A DNA stretch of 64,000 nt. Origin: Lingula anatina (lineage: Eukaryota; Animalia; Brachiopoda). Positions 36,430 to 49,687 of the stretch are shown here, in pieces; position 1 is the stretch's first letter; every line of letters begins with the position of its first letter. The notes below the pieces were generated by a model. That model did no database searches and had not been told where the DNA came from. It worked only from the letters and a program-made list of their open reading frames with translations. The stretch spans positions 496,001 to 560,000 of the forward strand of contig CM120647.1 in the NCBI GenBank assembly GCA_051362555.1, read 5' to 3'. The position numbers and the translations under genes are program-made.

Positions 36430-39400
36430 ATGTCTTTAGTCAATCTACCAGCGTCTGATGTTACTTTGAAGGAAATCAGACGTTCTGTGAGTGTCCCCTC
36501 CCTAGTAAATGAAAGGGCAGAACTCAAGAAACGTATTCGGCCATTGACTGTAAAGGGTATACAGTGGCAGATGGATAGAAATAGACAGCATTTGCGAAAT
36601 GCAATATCTAGTTGGCGCAAGCAAGCGGCCAAGCTTGAAATAATAGCTGATGACTGTAGTGATGTAGGCCTTCTAAGGACTACACGGAATGAAATCTGTA
36701 CAGCTTTAGATTGTGTACAGAAATCCTTTCATGATGTTGAAACGTGGTGGTTTAGATGAAGATTTTAGGGTAAAGGTAGAGACCATAGAGGAAGAACATT
36801 TGCACCTTCTCAGAAGGACAGGTAATCGTATTAGGTTGCTTGAGTTGGATGATCAAGGTTCGCATATTTCTAGACAATCAAGTCGTAGGTCCTTTGCTAA
36901 ATCTGAAGTAGCCAGCGAAAGATCGCACAGGTCAAGAATTGAAACTCTCCAGGCTCAGATTAAACATTCTGAGTTGGAAGAACAGAAAAGACATGAGCTT
37001 CTGAAAATCCAATCAGAATTGAAACGCTTACAGTTGAATAAAGAGCTAGAAATAGTCCAAGCAGAGTTATTAGATGATGTTGCATATGTTGATAAGGATC
37101 AAATGCCTATGAAGTCTGAATCTCGTAGTGACCATGCAGTCCATCCCAAGGCTCTCCTCAGCTGTGACACTTATGAATCCCTTGTTCAAAATCTGCTAAT
37201 AAGCAGACTTCCAATTCCAGAACCTGCAATTTTTGATGGTAGCTCATTGCAGTATCCAAGCTGGAAAGCAGCATTCACAGCTCTTATCTCTCACCACAAA
37301 ATACCCAACATAGAAAGGTTGTACTACTTAAAGAAGTATGTCAGAGGAGTGGCAAAAGATTGCATAGAGGGTTGTTTTCTTATCAGCACAGAAAATTCAT
37401 TTGACGAGGCCATGTCCATCTTGGAAGAAAGGTTTGGCAGTCCATTTGCCATTGTCTCAGCCTTCAGAGATAAACTTAGTAAGTGGCCAAAGGTATCTGG
37501 GTCAGATGGTACTGGACTTCTGAAATTGTCTGATTTCCTTAACCAGATAAAAGCAGCCATGTCTTGTTATCCTGGGCTGAATATCCTTAATGATGAAAGA
37601 GAAAACCAAAACATTCTACATAAGTTACCTGACTGGCTTATAGCTAGGTGGGGTAGAATGGTCGTTGAACGGAAAGCAAAGGGTTCTTTCCCAACCTTTA
37701 ATGAATTTGCAGAATTCTTGAGCAAGGAAGCAAAGATTGCTAGTGACCCTATTGTGTCTGTTCAGTCTTTAAAACAAAGGGGTAAAGAAGGACCCAAGGG
37801 TGATAAAAGGTTGAGCTCATTCTTCCTTAATGATAATGAAAGTGAGTCAAGGCAAAGGGAGCAGGCACAAAATGTAAGACCTGCTGTGAGTACTAGTAGA
37901 CATACTCAAAGTAGAAGTCAGACTCATGTAGATACAGCCAATTATAGACAGAGTTCAAACAGACAAACAAACATCACAAAATGTCATTTGTGTAAAGGGC
38001 CCCATGATCTGGATAACTGTAGCCAGTTTAAGGCCAAACCTATGCTAGAACGTGAAAGGTATGTAAGAGAGCAATTTCTATGTTTTAAATGTCTCTCACC
38101 AGGGCATCAATCCAAGGATTGCTTAGCCAAAAAGACTTGTCAAACCTGTAACAAATTACACCCTACTAGCCTCCATAAGACCCCACGTCAGACAAGTAGT
38201 ACAGGCCCTCATACAAGTTCTCTGTCTTTCATGAGTGAGACCGTAGACCGAGACAAGACTTCCATGATTGTACCAGTGTGGTTATCTCATACCAGTGAAC
38301 CTGAGAAGGAATGCTTGGTATATGCTCTTCTTGATACCCAATCAGACACTACCTTTGTCTCTGACAGTGTGGTTAAGGACTTAGATATGACAGGGACTCC
38401 TACAAATTTGCGTCTGTCGACCATGACTACCAGCGCGACAATTAAGACAAATAGAATGACTGGTTTACAGATTAGAGGTTATAGAAATGATGAAAAAATT
38501 ATGTTGCCTGTTACATATACAAGGAAGTCAATTCCGGCAAATAGAGATCACATCCCTACATACGACACAGCTAGAAAGTGGCCATACTTGAGTGGCATGG
38601 CAGATAGTTTGCCACCACTATTAGATGTAGATATAGGACTTTTAGTAGGATATAATTGTCCTAAAGCTCTGTTGCCCACTGAGGTGATAGCACCTCAAGG
38701 CAATGGCCCATTTGCACAGAAAACGGTGTTGGGTTGGGGAATAGTAGGCATAGTTGAACCCCTTGTTGAAGAGTCCTTAGACCCCATAGGAGTTAGCCAT
38801 AGGGTGTTAACCTATAGGTCGTCTGTAGATAAGGTCTCATTTGCTGTACGCAACAGTGTCAAAGAAGTAGTGACTGACACTGCAGGGGATTTGGAAGCCA
38901 TTGCCCCATCTCGTTTAGACCGTCAATTTCTAGATATTATGGAAAAGGGATGTAAAAAAAGTGACAATTATGGAGTGCACTATGAGACGCCACTCCCATT
39001 TAGAAATAGTAAACCCAGTCTCCCAAGCAATAGGGATCAGGCATTGTCTAGACTTATGACTCTGAAGAAAAGATTTGTGCGTGACCCTGATTTCAAGAAA
39101 GATTATTACACTTTCATGAATGACATTCTCTCTAACGAGTATGCAGAGAGGGTGCCTATAGAGGACTTAGACAAAGGGGGGTCATGGTATATTCCTCACC
39201 ATGGGGTATATCACCCAAATAAGCCCAAAAAGATACGGGTTGTGTTCGATTGTGCTGCTAGGCATCAAAATAGGTGTCTAAATGATGAGCTACTTACTGG
39301 CCCGGACATGATGAACTCATTGTTTGGAGTTCTTTGCAGGTTTAGACAAGAACACGTTGCTGTTACATGTGATGTGCAGCAAATGTTTTTCCAATTTAAA

Positions 39401-42288
39401 GTGTCTGAGAGCCACAGAGATTTCCTTCGTTTTCTCTGGTGGCCAACAGACGATTTTTCACTTGCCCCAGTCGACTACAGGATGAAGGTACATTTGTTTG
39501 GTGCCACCTCTTCTCCTGGGTGCTCAACCTATGGCTTCAGACAGATGGCGTTAGATTCTCATGCCAAGTTTGGAGATGGTGTTACCAATTTCTTGCTACA
39601 CAACTTCTATGTTGATGATGGATTGATATCCCTTCCTTCAGTTAATGAAGCCAGGAAGTTGTTAGTAGTATGAAGGCATGCAAAAATAGTGGTTTGCACC
39701 TTCACAAGTTCACTTCCAATAGGAAGGAAGTACTCGATGTTGTTGAGAAGGATGATAGGGCAGTAGAGGTCCAGAATATAAACCTAGACAAATCTGTTAT
39801 CGAACGTGTTCTAGGTGTCCAGTGGTGTATTCTATCAGACGCGTTTAAATTTAGGATAGTGGTGTCTGATAAGCCTTACACGAGAAGAGGGATTTTGTCC
39901 ACAGTTAATTCCGTTTTTGACCCCTTGGGATTTTTGGCTCCATTCATCCTGGTAGGGAAGCTTATCCTACAGGAATTATGCAAAGAAAACACTGATTGGG
40001 ACGCACCCCTAACAGATCACCTGAGGCCCATGTGGGAAAGATGGAGAGCTAGTCTCCCACTATTAGTAGATCTCGGTGTAGCTAGATGTTTTAAACCTGA
40101 CAACTTTGGTCTTGTAAAATCTGTTGCACTGCATCATTTTTCCGATGCAAGTGAGAAAGCCTATGGGCAATGTTCTTATCTCCAATTGATTGATGAAAAT
40201 GACTCTGTGCACTGCACGCTTGTCTGTGGGAAAAGTCGGGTGGCTCCTCTCAAGGTTTTGTCAATTCCTCGCATGGAGTTATTGGCTGCAACATTGTCAG
40301 TTCAGGTGAGTTCAGTTCTGACAAAGGAACTAGACATTCAGGACATACAGCACTTTTTTTGGACCGATAGTAAAGTTGTCTTGGGCTACTTAGCCAATGA
40401 AGCTCGCAGATTTAAGGTTTATGTTGCAAATCGTGTCCAATACATCCAAAATCAGTCAGAGATTTCTCAGTGGAAATATGTTGCCTCGGCAGACAACCCT
40501 GCAGATCATGCATCCAGGGGATTGCTTGCCTCTGACCTGGTTCAAAACAGCTTGTGGTTTTCAGGCCCTGCATTTCTTAGAGACCCTGAGTGTAACCAAG
40601 ATTCTGACAGTCCAAAAGTTGTAGATGAAAATGATCCTGAGGTTCGCTCAAAGAATGTTGCATTTGCTACTACTCACACAAATGATGCCCATGCTGAATT
40701 TGATTTGAATAGGTTCAGCCATGTGTCTAGTTGGGATAGACTTCTCAAGACAGTAGCTTTGTGTCTGAGGTTCAAAGAGATATTGCTCTCTAAAGTCAGG
40801 AAGAGAACCCTCAAATCAATTTCTGGACCACTGACAGTTGACAATTTACAAGAGGCCGAGAGCTGTGTTGTCAAATTAGTCCAAAGAGTCTCATTTAGAC
40901 TTGATTATGAAGCTTTACGTCGTATGAAATGTGCCCCTCGGTCTTCTAGAGACAAGAAGTCAAATCACCAGCTCCCTAGATCAAGTATAATACATCGTTT
41001 AGATCCATATATGGATGACGCAGGCATAGTCAGGGTAGGTGGTAGGATGCCAATTGCCTTGGGTATTGTAGCCCAACCTGCTATTATTCCTAGAAAAGGT
41101 CACATCACCTCACTCATAGTGAGACATTTTCACAGTGTGACTGGACATCAGGGTCGTGGAATGACCACAAATGCCATTAGATCACATGGACTATGGATAC
41201 TTGGTTGTAGCTCTGCTGTTTCCCAGCAGATATATCAATGTGTCCATTGTAGGAGAACACGTGGAGCTGTGCAAGAGCAGAAGATGTCAGATCTGCCATC
41301 AGACCGTGTTCAACCATTTCCTCCTTTTACCTATTGTGCTGTCGATTATTTTGGCCCGTTTTTGATCAAGGAAGGTAGAAAAGAACTGAAGAGGGATGGT
41401 GCTCTTTTCACTTGCCTTGCCTCAAGAGCAGTTCACATAGAAGTGTGTGATTCTCTCAACACTGATGACTTTATCAATGCTTTGAGAAGGTTCATAGCTT
41501 TGAGAGGTCCTGTAAGACAAATTTGTTGTGACCAAGGCTCAAATTTTGTTGGTGCACGGTCAGAGTTGTCAAAATGTGTCAAAGAAATGGAAATAGGTAA
41601 AATTCAGAATTACCTTTTCCACAAAAAATGTTACTTCATTACCTTTAAAATGAATGTCCCTACAGCGAGTCACATGGGGGGAGTTTGGGAGCGCCAGATA
41701 AGAACAGTCCGTTCTATCTTGAACTCTCTTTTATTGTCTGCAACATCCCAGTTGAATGATAGTGCTTTACGCACCTTTATGTCTGAGGTCATGGCAATTA
41801 TAAATTGCAGACCTTTGACTGTCGATTGTTTAAATGACCCAATGTCACCAGAACCATTGACTCCAAATCACATTTTAACTGGCAAATCCAGTGTGGTGTG
41901 CCCCCCACCTGGTGAATTTCAGAGAGAGGATCTTTACTTAAGAAAATACTGGAGACGTGTACAGTATTTAGCTGATCAATTTTGGAAGAGATGGAGCAAA
42001 GAATATCTATCTCAGTTGCAGTCTAGACAAAAATGGTGTAAGTTTAGAAAAAATCTGCAAATTGGAGACATTGTTTTAGTCAAGGATGAAAATTTGCCTA
42101 GAAACTCTTGGCCTCTAGCCAGAGTGCACAGTGTGTATCCAAGTGAGGATGGATACATTAGGAAAGTTCAAGTTGCAATGAGCACTAAATGTTTGGATTC
42201 TCGTGGTCGACGAGACAGTCCACTTATGCTTTTGGACAGGCCCATTCAGAAATTAGTATTCATAATGCCCAACCCAAACTTTGAATAA
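36430..42288 (+). pseudogene. BEL/Pao gag-pol polyprotein broken by two frameshifts (about 36740 and 39670)
   Basis: DUF1759-like gag (FDGSSLQYPSW), three zinc knuckles, protease ALLDTQS, RT (YIPHHGV, KIRVVFDC, FYVDD), RNase H (HFSDAS), integrase (H-H-C-C, DYFGP, DQGSNF, GGVWE) and C-terminal WPLARV. Spread over ORFs 36430-36759, 36713-39673 and 39670-42288. Confidence 0.93.
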
Positions 42289-42429
42289 AATGATTGCTAT
42301 AACCAGGGTGTATTCCCCGTCGGGAGCCAATGTTTTTCTCCTGCTACAACTGTCTGTTGATTGCATATGTATGATGTGCTGTGTATGACTTGCCACAACA
42401 CAATTTTGCTATTAATCTTTGAGCTATTT

Positions 42430-42700
42430 TGTAATGTTTAGAGATTCGTAATTGTTAACATTAGTTAACTAGTATGTAATGTTTAGAGATTCGTAATTGT
42501 TAATGTTAGTTAACTAGTATGTAATGTTTAGAGATTCGTAATTGTTAATGTTAGTTAACTAGTATGTAATGTTTAGAGATTCGTAATTGTTAACGTTAGT
42601 TAGTTAACTAGCATGTAATGTTTAGAGATTTATAATTGCAATTGTTAACGTTAGTTTAGTTAACTAGTATGCAATGTTTAATGATTCATAATTGTAAGTG
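42430..42700. repeat. About 45-bp tandem repeat in the BEL 3' untranslated region
   Basis: TGTAATGTTTAGAGATTCGTAATTGTTAA..TTAGTTAACTAGTA repeated about 6 times. Confidence 0.85.
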
Positions 42701-45431
42701 TTAAAGGTAGTATTGTTGCTTGACAAGCATCTGACATTAAATATCTTTAAAATATTGTTATATGCTGACATTAAATAGCTTATGAGAATTTCAAGTTTGT
42801 GGAAAATACAATTTTATGTAAATGTGTATTTTGAGGAGCCATGTAACAGTAACTACGCATGCGCTTCTCTTGTATATTGGATCCGATAGTGCTGCCACGT
42901 AGTGTCAATTTGCTTTTACTTGACAGCAGCACGCGTCCGACGTTCTTAGAAGGTTTAGGCCCCAAACGAGGTAAATCAAGATTTAATCTTTCATTATATT
43001 ATTATTTTTATTAGAAATCAAAACTTTGAAGTTATCGTCTCGATTTACAAGTTGTTTATCACTCAATTTCAGAATTATTGTTAGTTTAAGAAGTTTCCAT
43101 GTCAGCGTATGTGTTCGTAGGACTACATGTATGTTTTATGTTTATTTTAGTTCCACGGGAATAATATTTCGTCGGAACCGAATGGGAATAAAGATTTTAC
43201 CACCAACTTGATACAGTTTTTATTTATTTATTTAAAGACACGTGCTGCTACAATCACAGCAAAAGGAAACATGCATGATCAGCTCTGGTAGGCCAATAAA
43301 ACAACGAGAATTGAGCTTTGGTTAGTATCCTATGAGGAACAGACAAACAATATATTAAAATCCGGTTTCAAGAGAAACATCAATGCATGGGAACAAGTAA
43401 CATCAGACGAAAGTGGTATCTAAATACACAAACGAAGGAGTCTGCAAAACCAACTAGAAAGCAGCAGCTGCGCAGGTAGGCAAGAGGGATAATGCAAAAA
43501 AAAGTCCTAAAAGCAGCCCCCTTTTCTAGTTGACAGTGCCAGTGATCCTTCCTAGTACGATTTGGCCAGACAAGTTATACCAATAGAAATCCACAAGGCG
43601 ACTACATAGTTCTCATTGTTTCCAATGGACGAACAAGCACAAAACATTTACAGCATGTGACAACTACAGGAAAAGTCATCTTGGAATCATCTTAAAACAC
43701 CTTATGCCCTTTTTTATTATCTTATGTCACCAGAATAACACCAGAAATTAATTATGTACTTCCAAAATAGTAACAATTGATGAATTACAATCATATGAAA
43801 GTCCAACAGCTCAAAAAAGGTAAATTATGCCATAATTTTAAAATAGCGACAGGCTCTTGGATTTGAACAACAGAAAAACTAACAATAGTCACTTTAAAGT
43901 CAAATCAGCCATGCTGGTCTCTTGCACTTAATCTATGTCTGGCAAAATCATTTTAAAATTGTTATTTAACATATTTTTGGACTAATTTGACTTCAAGATG
44001 TATGCAAGCGAAGGTGAAGACGTAAGCCTATATTGATGTTGGGGCCTTTTAATATTTTCTTTTTGTATTATATCTCACAAGAGATAAGACACATGACTTC
44101 CAGAACTAAAATGATAAGAAACGATGTATAACATGCTAGTGTAAGAGCAAGAGCTTCAAATTGATGAGTTATGCCTTAGCCGTATTTCAAAATTGTGACC
44201 GGCGGCCATCTTGGATCAGAGGATCAAAATGGCTACCAATTGTCTCCAAAGCACCAAGTATGTGTTCTTTACCTTTAATTAAGCCATTTTGGTCTCTTAC
44301 ACTTGTTTCAAGCTTTTTAGAATGTTATAAAACATTTCGTACTAATTAGACTACATGACACATGTAAGTCTATGTGACAACTTAAGCCTACATGTATATT
44401 GATTTTGGAGGCTAAAATAGTTTGTACTCACATTTTATGAAACAGATAATGTATAATTCTGCACCAGAAAATAATATAAAGCGACATATTACTCATTAAC
44501 AAAGATGTAATACATATAGTTTCAAAATAGTGAATTATGCCCTATTTCGAAATGGTTTTTGCGGCCATCTTGGATTTAAGGGACAAAAAGGCCACCAATG
44601 ACCTCCATAATGGTAAAAATGAGTTCTCTCGCTCATAACATAGTCCAATATTGATGGTATATAACAAAAAAATTGCATTGAAATATATTTGAATATGGGT
44701 TATCAATACCCATGGTTCTGCAGCGTTCACACATATCTTGGTAGGCACTTAAAACACCCCCTTTGTCCTTTCAAATCACCTTCTATCACCAAAACAATAT
44801 CAAAAATGACTTTTTCACCACCAAAATAGTAGGAATCGATATATATATCAAGTACCTGTACATATAGACCAAGCGCTTCAAAATTCACCATAAAATAGCG
44901 AAATTATGTCCACTTTCAAAATGGCGGTTGGCGGCCATCTTGGATTTGAGGCACAAAATGGCCACCAATTGTTTCCATAATATCAGAAATGGGTTCCTTG
45001 TCCCTCATTTAGTCAGGTTTGATAATCTATACATGTTTCTAGGCCAAATATTAATGGAAATATGAAATATTAAATATTTTGGCACCAAATTGGCATAATT
45101 TAGAGGGCGTCTCTTTGGATAAAAAATTTTCTTTTGGCCCAAGGAACATTTATGCCAAGTTAGACATTTGTACTACAAAATGCAGCATTTGGCCAATTTT
45201 TGGTCCTTAACAAGCCTACTATCACTTTTCCATTATTAATGACTCATAGGGTTCTGATAGTGTTTAGCTTGCACAAATGTCCACAGCGCTCAATTAATGA
45301 TCGTGTTTCTATCAGACAATTCCGTGGTAACATATGTTCTTTCTTACGCTTTTTTTACTTCAAACGGTTATCACTTTATTTGCTTACAAAACAGAAACGC
45401 GTGGGCGTAAAATTGGGACATTTGTGGATTT

Positions 45432-46280
45432 TTATGTACAGACACACATGTGTCTGTACATATTGCCATCACCTGCGTCTGTCGTCGCCGATGCCGATGC
45501 CAGCGCCGTCCATTTTCCTTGAAAACACGATAAGTGGAGGGCAGTACTGTTTTACTTTTTGGCTTTATACTTACAGAGCTGATCAAAATTTGAAAAAAAA
45601 AAACTATTTTGGGCACTGCTCCCATGATGACCATTTAAGAAAAACCATGTCACTTACTGTTCTCAAACTTACAGGAAAGAAACATGGGACTAAAATGTAG
45701 CTTCAGTAGGCAATGCAATCTGCCAGTTAAACAGTTTTTTTGTGAAAATTTGATTTTTCACATATTGGCATTTTCAAGGTGTGACTTTGAAGTTCCACAG
45801 GCTTGAAGACCCATGCTTGTCACATTTTCTGAAAATCCATGATACGTATATTTTATTATTAAAAATTGATTGTCATTATGCTGGTAACCATTATGTAATA
45901 TTGCATTAGAATAGAAGAAAACACAATTTTGGGTGCTGCTGCCATGATGACCATTATGGGAAAACCATGTTACTTATGATTGCCAAACTTTCAAAAAAGA
46001 AATACAGGACTAAAATGTAGCCTGAGTTGGAAAAGCAGTCTAATTGACTTCTTTTTCTGGAAGTTTTACATTTTCAAAGGGTGAACTTGAACTCCCATGG
46101 ACCTGAAGCCTTATGTTTGTTACACATTTTACTTACATTGGTATTACCTGTTGAGCATAATTAAAATTTGATGTTGAATTTGCAGTTTAACATAATGTAC
46201 TTTTGCATCAGAATTGACAGTAGCCTATTTTGTTATTTCCTGCTTTTTGTCTGTACATTTGACAGCTTTGCTGCCTTGTT
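45432..46280 (+). mobile_element. HINE-like element, second family (related 5' end at about 55447)
   Basis: 5' palindrome TGTACAGACACACATGTGTCTGTACA plus a GTCGTCGCC tract. 3' subTIR TGTCTGTACA, hairpin GACAGCTTTGCTGCC and TTGTT end. Confidence 0.6.
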
Positions 46281-46576
46281 GTTCTATACACATGTAAGTT
46301 TTAAAAAATTGGATAATACATCGAATTCATTCAATTTCATTTTTTGAGACTTGAACTTGTGAAATGCACCTCTATATTGGGTTTGGGTGAGTTACCGGGT
46401 AGTGCTTTAATAGACCGTGACCTCTTGCAGACACGGGCTCTGGATATGACTTGAAGGTGCATTTGCTAAGTACTGTGGAAATACGAGAAACCATCAGTCT
46501 GCTGTCATGTTTAATAGAGAGAAAGAGTAAAGTCTCGTGAAGAATAAATTACTACGTATACCAGTAGTATACAGAC

Positions 46577-47185
46577 CAGGGGCGGATCCAGGACTTTTTG
46601 AAGGAGGGGTCCGGGAATGCGACTCTAACGTGGGGTTTGGAGGGGGGAGGGTGCAATTTAGTATGGTTAAGAACTATGATTCAGCAAAATTCTAATTTCA
46701 AGGGGGGACCATTGGTGTGAATATCTATTTCAGAAATCGGAAGGGGATCAGGGTCTCCTTACCCCCCCCCCCCTCTAAATCTGTCACTGGTACAGACCAT
46801 TACAATACATTGCATTATGCAGCAGTAGTATTGTGAGCAACCCCAGTGGCAGATTTATGGGGAGGTGTCGGGGGTCCTGACCCCCTTTGATTTCTGAAAA
46901 AAACACACCAATAGTCCTGTCTTAAAATTAGAATCTTGATCGACTAGTTCTAAACCAAATGGTACCAAATGGCACCGTTCACCCTCTAAATTACCAAAAT
47001 TTTCTAGGCTTTTCAGTGGTGTGTGTGTGTGTGGGGGGGGGGGGGGTGGTCAACTTTGCATCCGTTTGCCATCTAAATTACCAACATTTTCCAGGCCCTT
47101 CAGTTGTGTGTGTGTGTGGGGGGGGGGGGGTCGACTTTGCATCTGCGGACCCCCCCTCCTTTATATAACCCTGGATCTGCCCCTG
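46577..47185. mobile_element. One or two adjacent GC-rich hAT-type MITEs
   Basis: CAGGGGCGGATCCAGG...CCTGGATCTGCCCCTG termini. TACAGAC duplication flanks 46577-46789. Confidence 0.55.
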
Positions 47186-47555
47186 AACCCTCTCCCCTTA
47201 CGTACCTCAGTGTGCTGTGCAGGTGTAGGCAAGACCTCATTCAGTGATAGAAATTCTGAGGGCAGATGTGTAACTACAAATGGCACAATGTGCATGTATA
47301 TACAGTTGCTACATAGATGAAAAGATTAAAAGTTTATCAAACTATATCGTGAAATTATTTCAAAGGATTTTCTAAATGCTTAACTTTAAAGATTGTCAGA
47401 AGTCAAACAGTTTTGCCAGGATGTGCATATTTATCACCATGTTGTAGCACAAATGGAAAGAGGCCTTATCTGCATAGCTTGTAATGTCAAAAACAGAGAC
47501 AACCCTCCCCCCCCCCCCACCCTCCTCCCAGTGCATGTATTGGTTCATGTCTTAG

Positions 47556-49517
47556 TATATAAAATGTATTACCAAATACTGTATGTAAAGGTGAAGCAGT
47601 TTGTGTCTATGATGTACATATACTGTTGTATTGTAATGTCAGTCATCATACAGTTTATTTTAACCTTTTACTTTAGTACAGTGTATATATACTATAAAAT
47701 GTATTACCAAATACTGTATGTAAAGGTGAAGCAGTTTGTGTCTATGATGTACATATACTGTTGTATTGTAATGTCAGTCATCATACAGTTTATTTTAACC
47801 TTTTACTTAGTACAGTGTATATATACTATAAAATGTATTACCAGATACTGTATGTACAGGTGAAGCAGTTTGTGTCTATGATGTACATATACTGTTGTAT
47901 TGTAATGTCAATCATCATACAGTTTATTTTAACCTTTTACTTAGTACAGTGTATATATACTATAAAATGTATTACCAGATACTGTATGTAAAGGTGAAGC
48001 AGTTTGTGTCTATGATGTACATATACTGTTGTATTGTAATGTCAGTCATCATACAGTTTATTTTAACCTTTTACTTTAGTACAGTGTATATATACTATAA
48101 AATGTATTACCAGATACTGTATGTACAGGTGAAGCAGTTTGTGTCTATGATGTACATATACTGTTGTATTGTAATGTCAGTCATCACACAGTACAGTGTA
48201 TATATACTATAAAATGTATTACCAGATACTGTATGTACAGGTGAAGCAGTTTTTGTCTATGATGTACATATACTGTTGTATTGTAATGTCAGTCATCATA
48301 CAGTTTATTTTAACCTTTTACTTAGTACAGTGTATATATACTATAAAATGTATTACCAAATACTGTATGTAAAGGTGAAGCAGTTTGTGTCTATGATGTA
48401 CATATACTGTTGTATTGTAATGTCAATCATCATACAGTTTATTTTAACCTTTTACTTAGTACAGTGTATATATACTATAAAATGTATTACCAGATACTGT
48501 ATGTACAGGTGAAGCAGTTTGTGTCTATGATGTACATATACTTTTGTATTGTAATGTCAGTCATCATACAGTTTATTTTAACCTTTTACTTAGTACAGTA
48601 TATATATACTATAAAATGTATTACCAAATACTGCATGTACAGGTGAAGCAGTTTGTGTCTATGATGTACATATACTGTTGTATTGTAATGTCAGTCATCA
48701 TACAGTTTATTTTAACCTTTTACTTTAGAACAGTGTATATATACTATAAAATGTATTACCAGATACTGCATGTACAGGTGAAGCAGTTTGTGTCTATGAT
48801 GTACACATACTGTTGTATTGTAATGTCAGTCATCATACAGTTTATTTTAACCTTTTACTTTAGAACAGTGTATATATACTATAAAATGTATTACCAGATA
48901 CTGTATGTAAAGGTGAAGCAGTTTGTGTCTATGATGTACATATACTGTTGTATTGTAATGTCAGTCATCATACAGTTTATTTTAACCTTTTACTTTAGTA
49001 CAGTGTATATATACTATAAAATGTATTACCAGATACTGTATGTACAGGTGAAGCAGTTTGTGTCTATGATGTACATATACTGTTGTATTGTAATGTCAGT
49101 CATCACACAGTACAGTGTATATATACTATAAAATGTATTACCAGATACTGTATGTACAGGTGAAGCAGTTTGTGTCTATGATGTACATATACTGTTGTAT
49201 TGTAATGTCAGTCATCATACAGTTTATTTTAACCTTTTACTTAGTACAGTGTATATATACTATAAAATGTATTACCAGATACTGTATGTAAAGGTGAAGC
49301 AGTTTGTGTCTATGATGTACACATACTGTTGTATTGTAATGTCAGTCATCATACAGTTTATTTTAACCTTTTACTTAGTACAGTGTATATATACTATAAA
49401 ATGTATTACCAGATACTGCATGTACAGGTGAAGCAGTTTGTGTCTATGATGTACATATACTGTTGTATTGTAATGTCAGTCATCATACAGTTTATTTTAA
49501 CCTTTTACTTAGTACAG
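47556..49517. repeat. 134/135-bp tandem satellite, about 15 units
   Basis: Unit AAAATGTATTACCAGATACTGTATGTACAGGTGAAGCAGTTTGTGTCTATG...GTACAGTGTATATATACTAT. Two shorter variants at about 48185 and 49105. Confidence 0.97.
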
Positions 49518-49687
49518 ACAGTGTGTATATATATATATTAGTCACTCAGAAAAACAAATGTTGTCTCTTTCAGATAATTTGCCAATAGAAACCTTTGATT
49601 ATTATGCAATCATTGAGTAAGAAAAATTCTCTCTTACATTTCAGTTAGGACAGGAAGATAAATGTTCCAGTATAAGTGATAGTAACC

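Larger units (their letters stand above)
35013..43252 (+). mobile_element. BEL/Pao LTR retrotransposon, full length
   Basis: LTRs 35013-35430 and 42842-43252 (TGTAAC...CTACA, few differences). 5-bp TSD ATCAC. PPT GAGGAGCCA. Confidence 0.96.
33621..45221. mobile_element. Academ-like non-autonomous DNA transposon; left terminus missing; interrupted by BEL/Pao
   Basis: Right end ...GCCTACTA (reverse complement TAGTAGGC...). Long inverted arms (33624-34250 vs about 44350-44855). Repeated CAAGATGGCCGCC motifs. Confidence 0.65.
23510..46399. mobile_element. Old TA-flanked TIR element (Tc1/mariner-like) whose two ends bracket the whole transposon nest
   Basis: TA|CAGGTAGTTCACCCAAACCCAATATAGAGGTGCA at 23510, and its inverted match TGCACCTCTATATTGGGTTTGGGTGAGTTACCGGG|TA ending at 46399. 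Confidence 0.5.

Noticed and set aside
36713-39673. Programmed frameshifts in the BEL polyprotein
   Set aside because: BEL/Pao elements normally have a single ORF. One break falls inside RT just after YVDD with no slippery site, so mutation or sequencing error is more likely.
47393-49541. Hydrophobic Y/I/V-rich ORFs resembling membrane proteins
   Set aside because: Translations of the 134-bp satellite.
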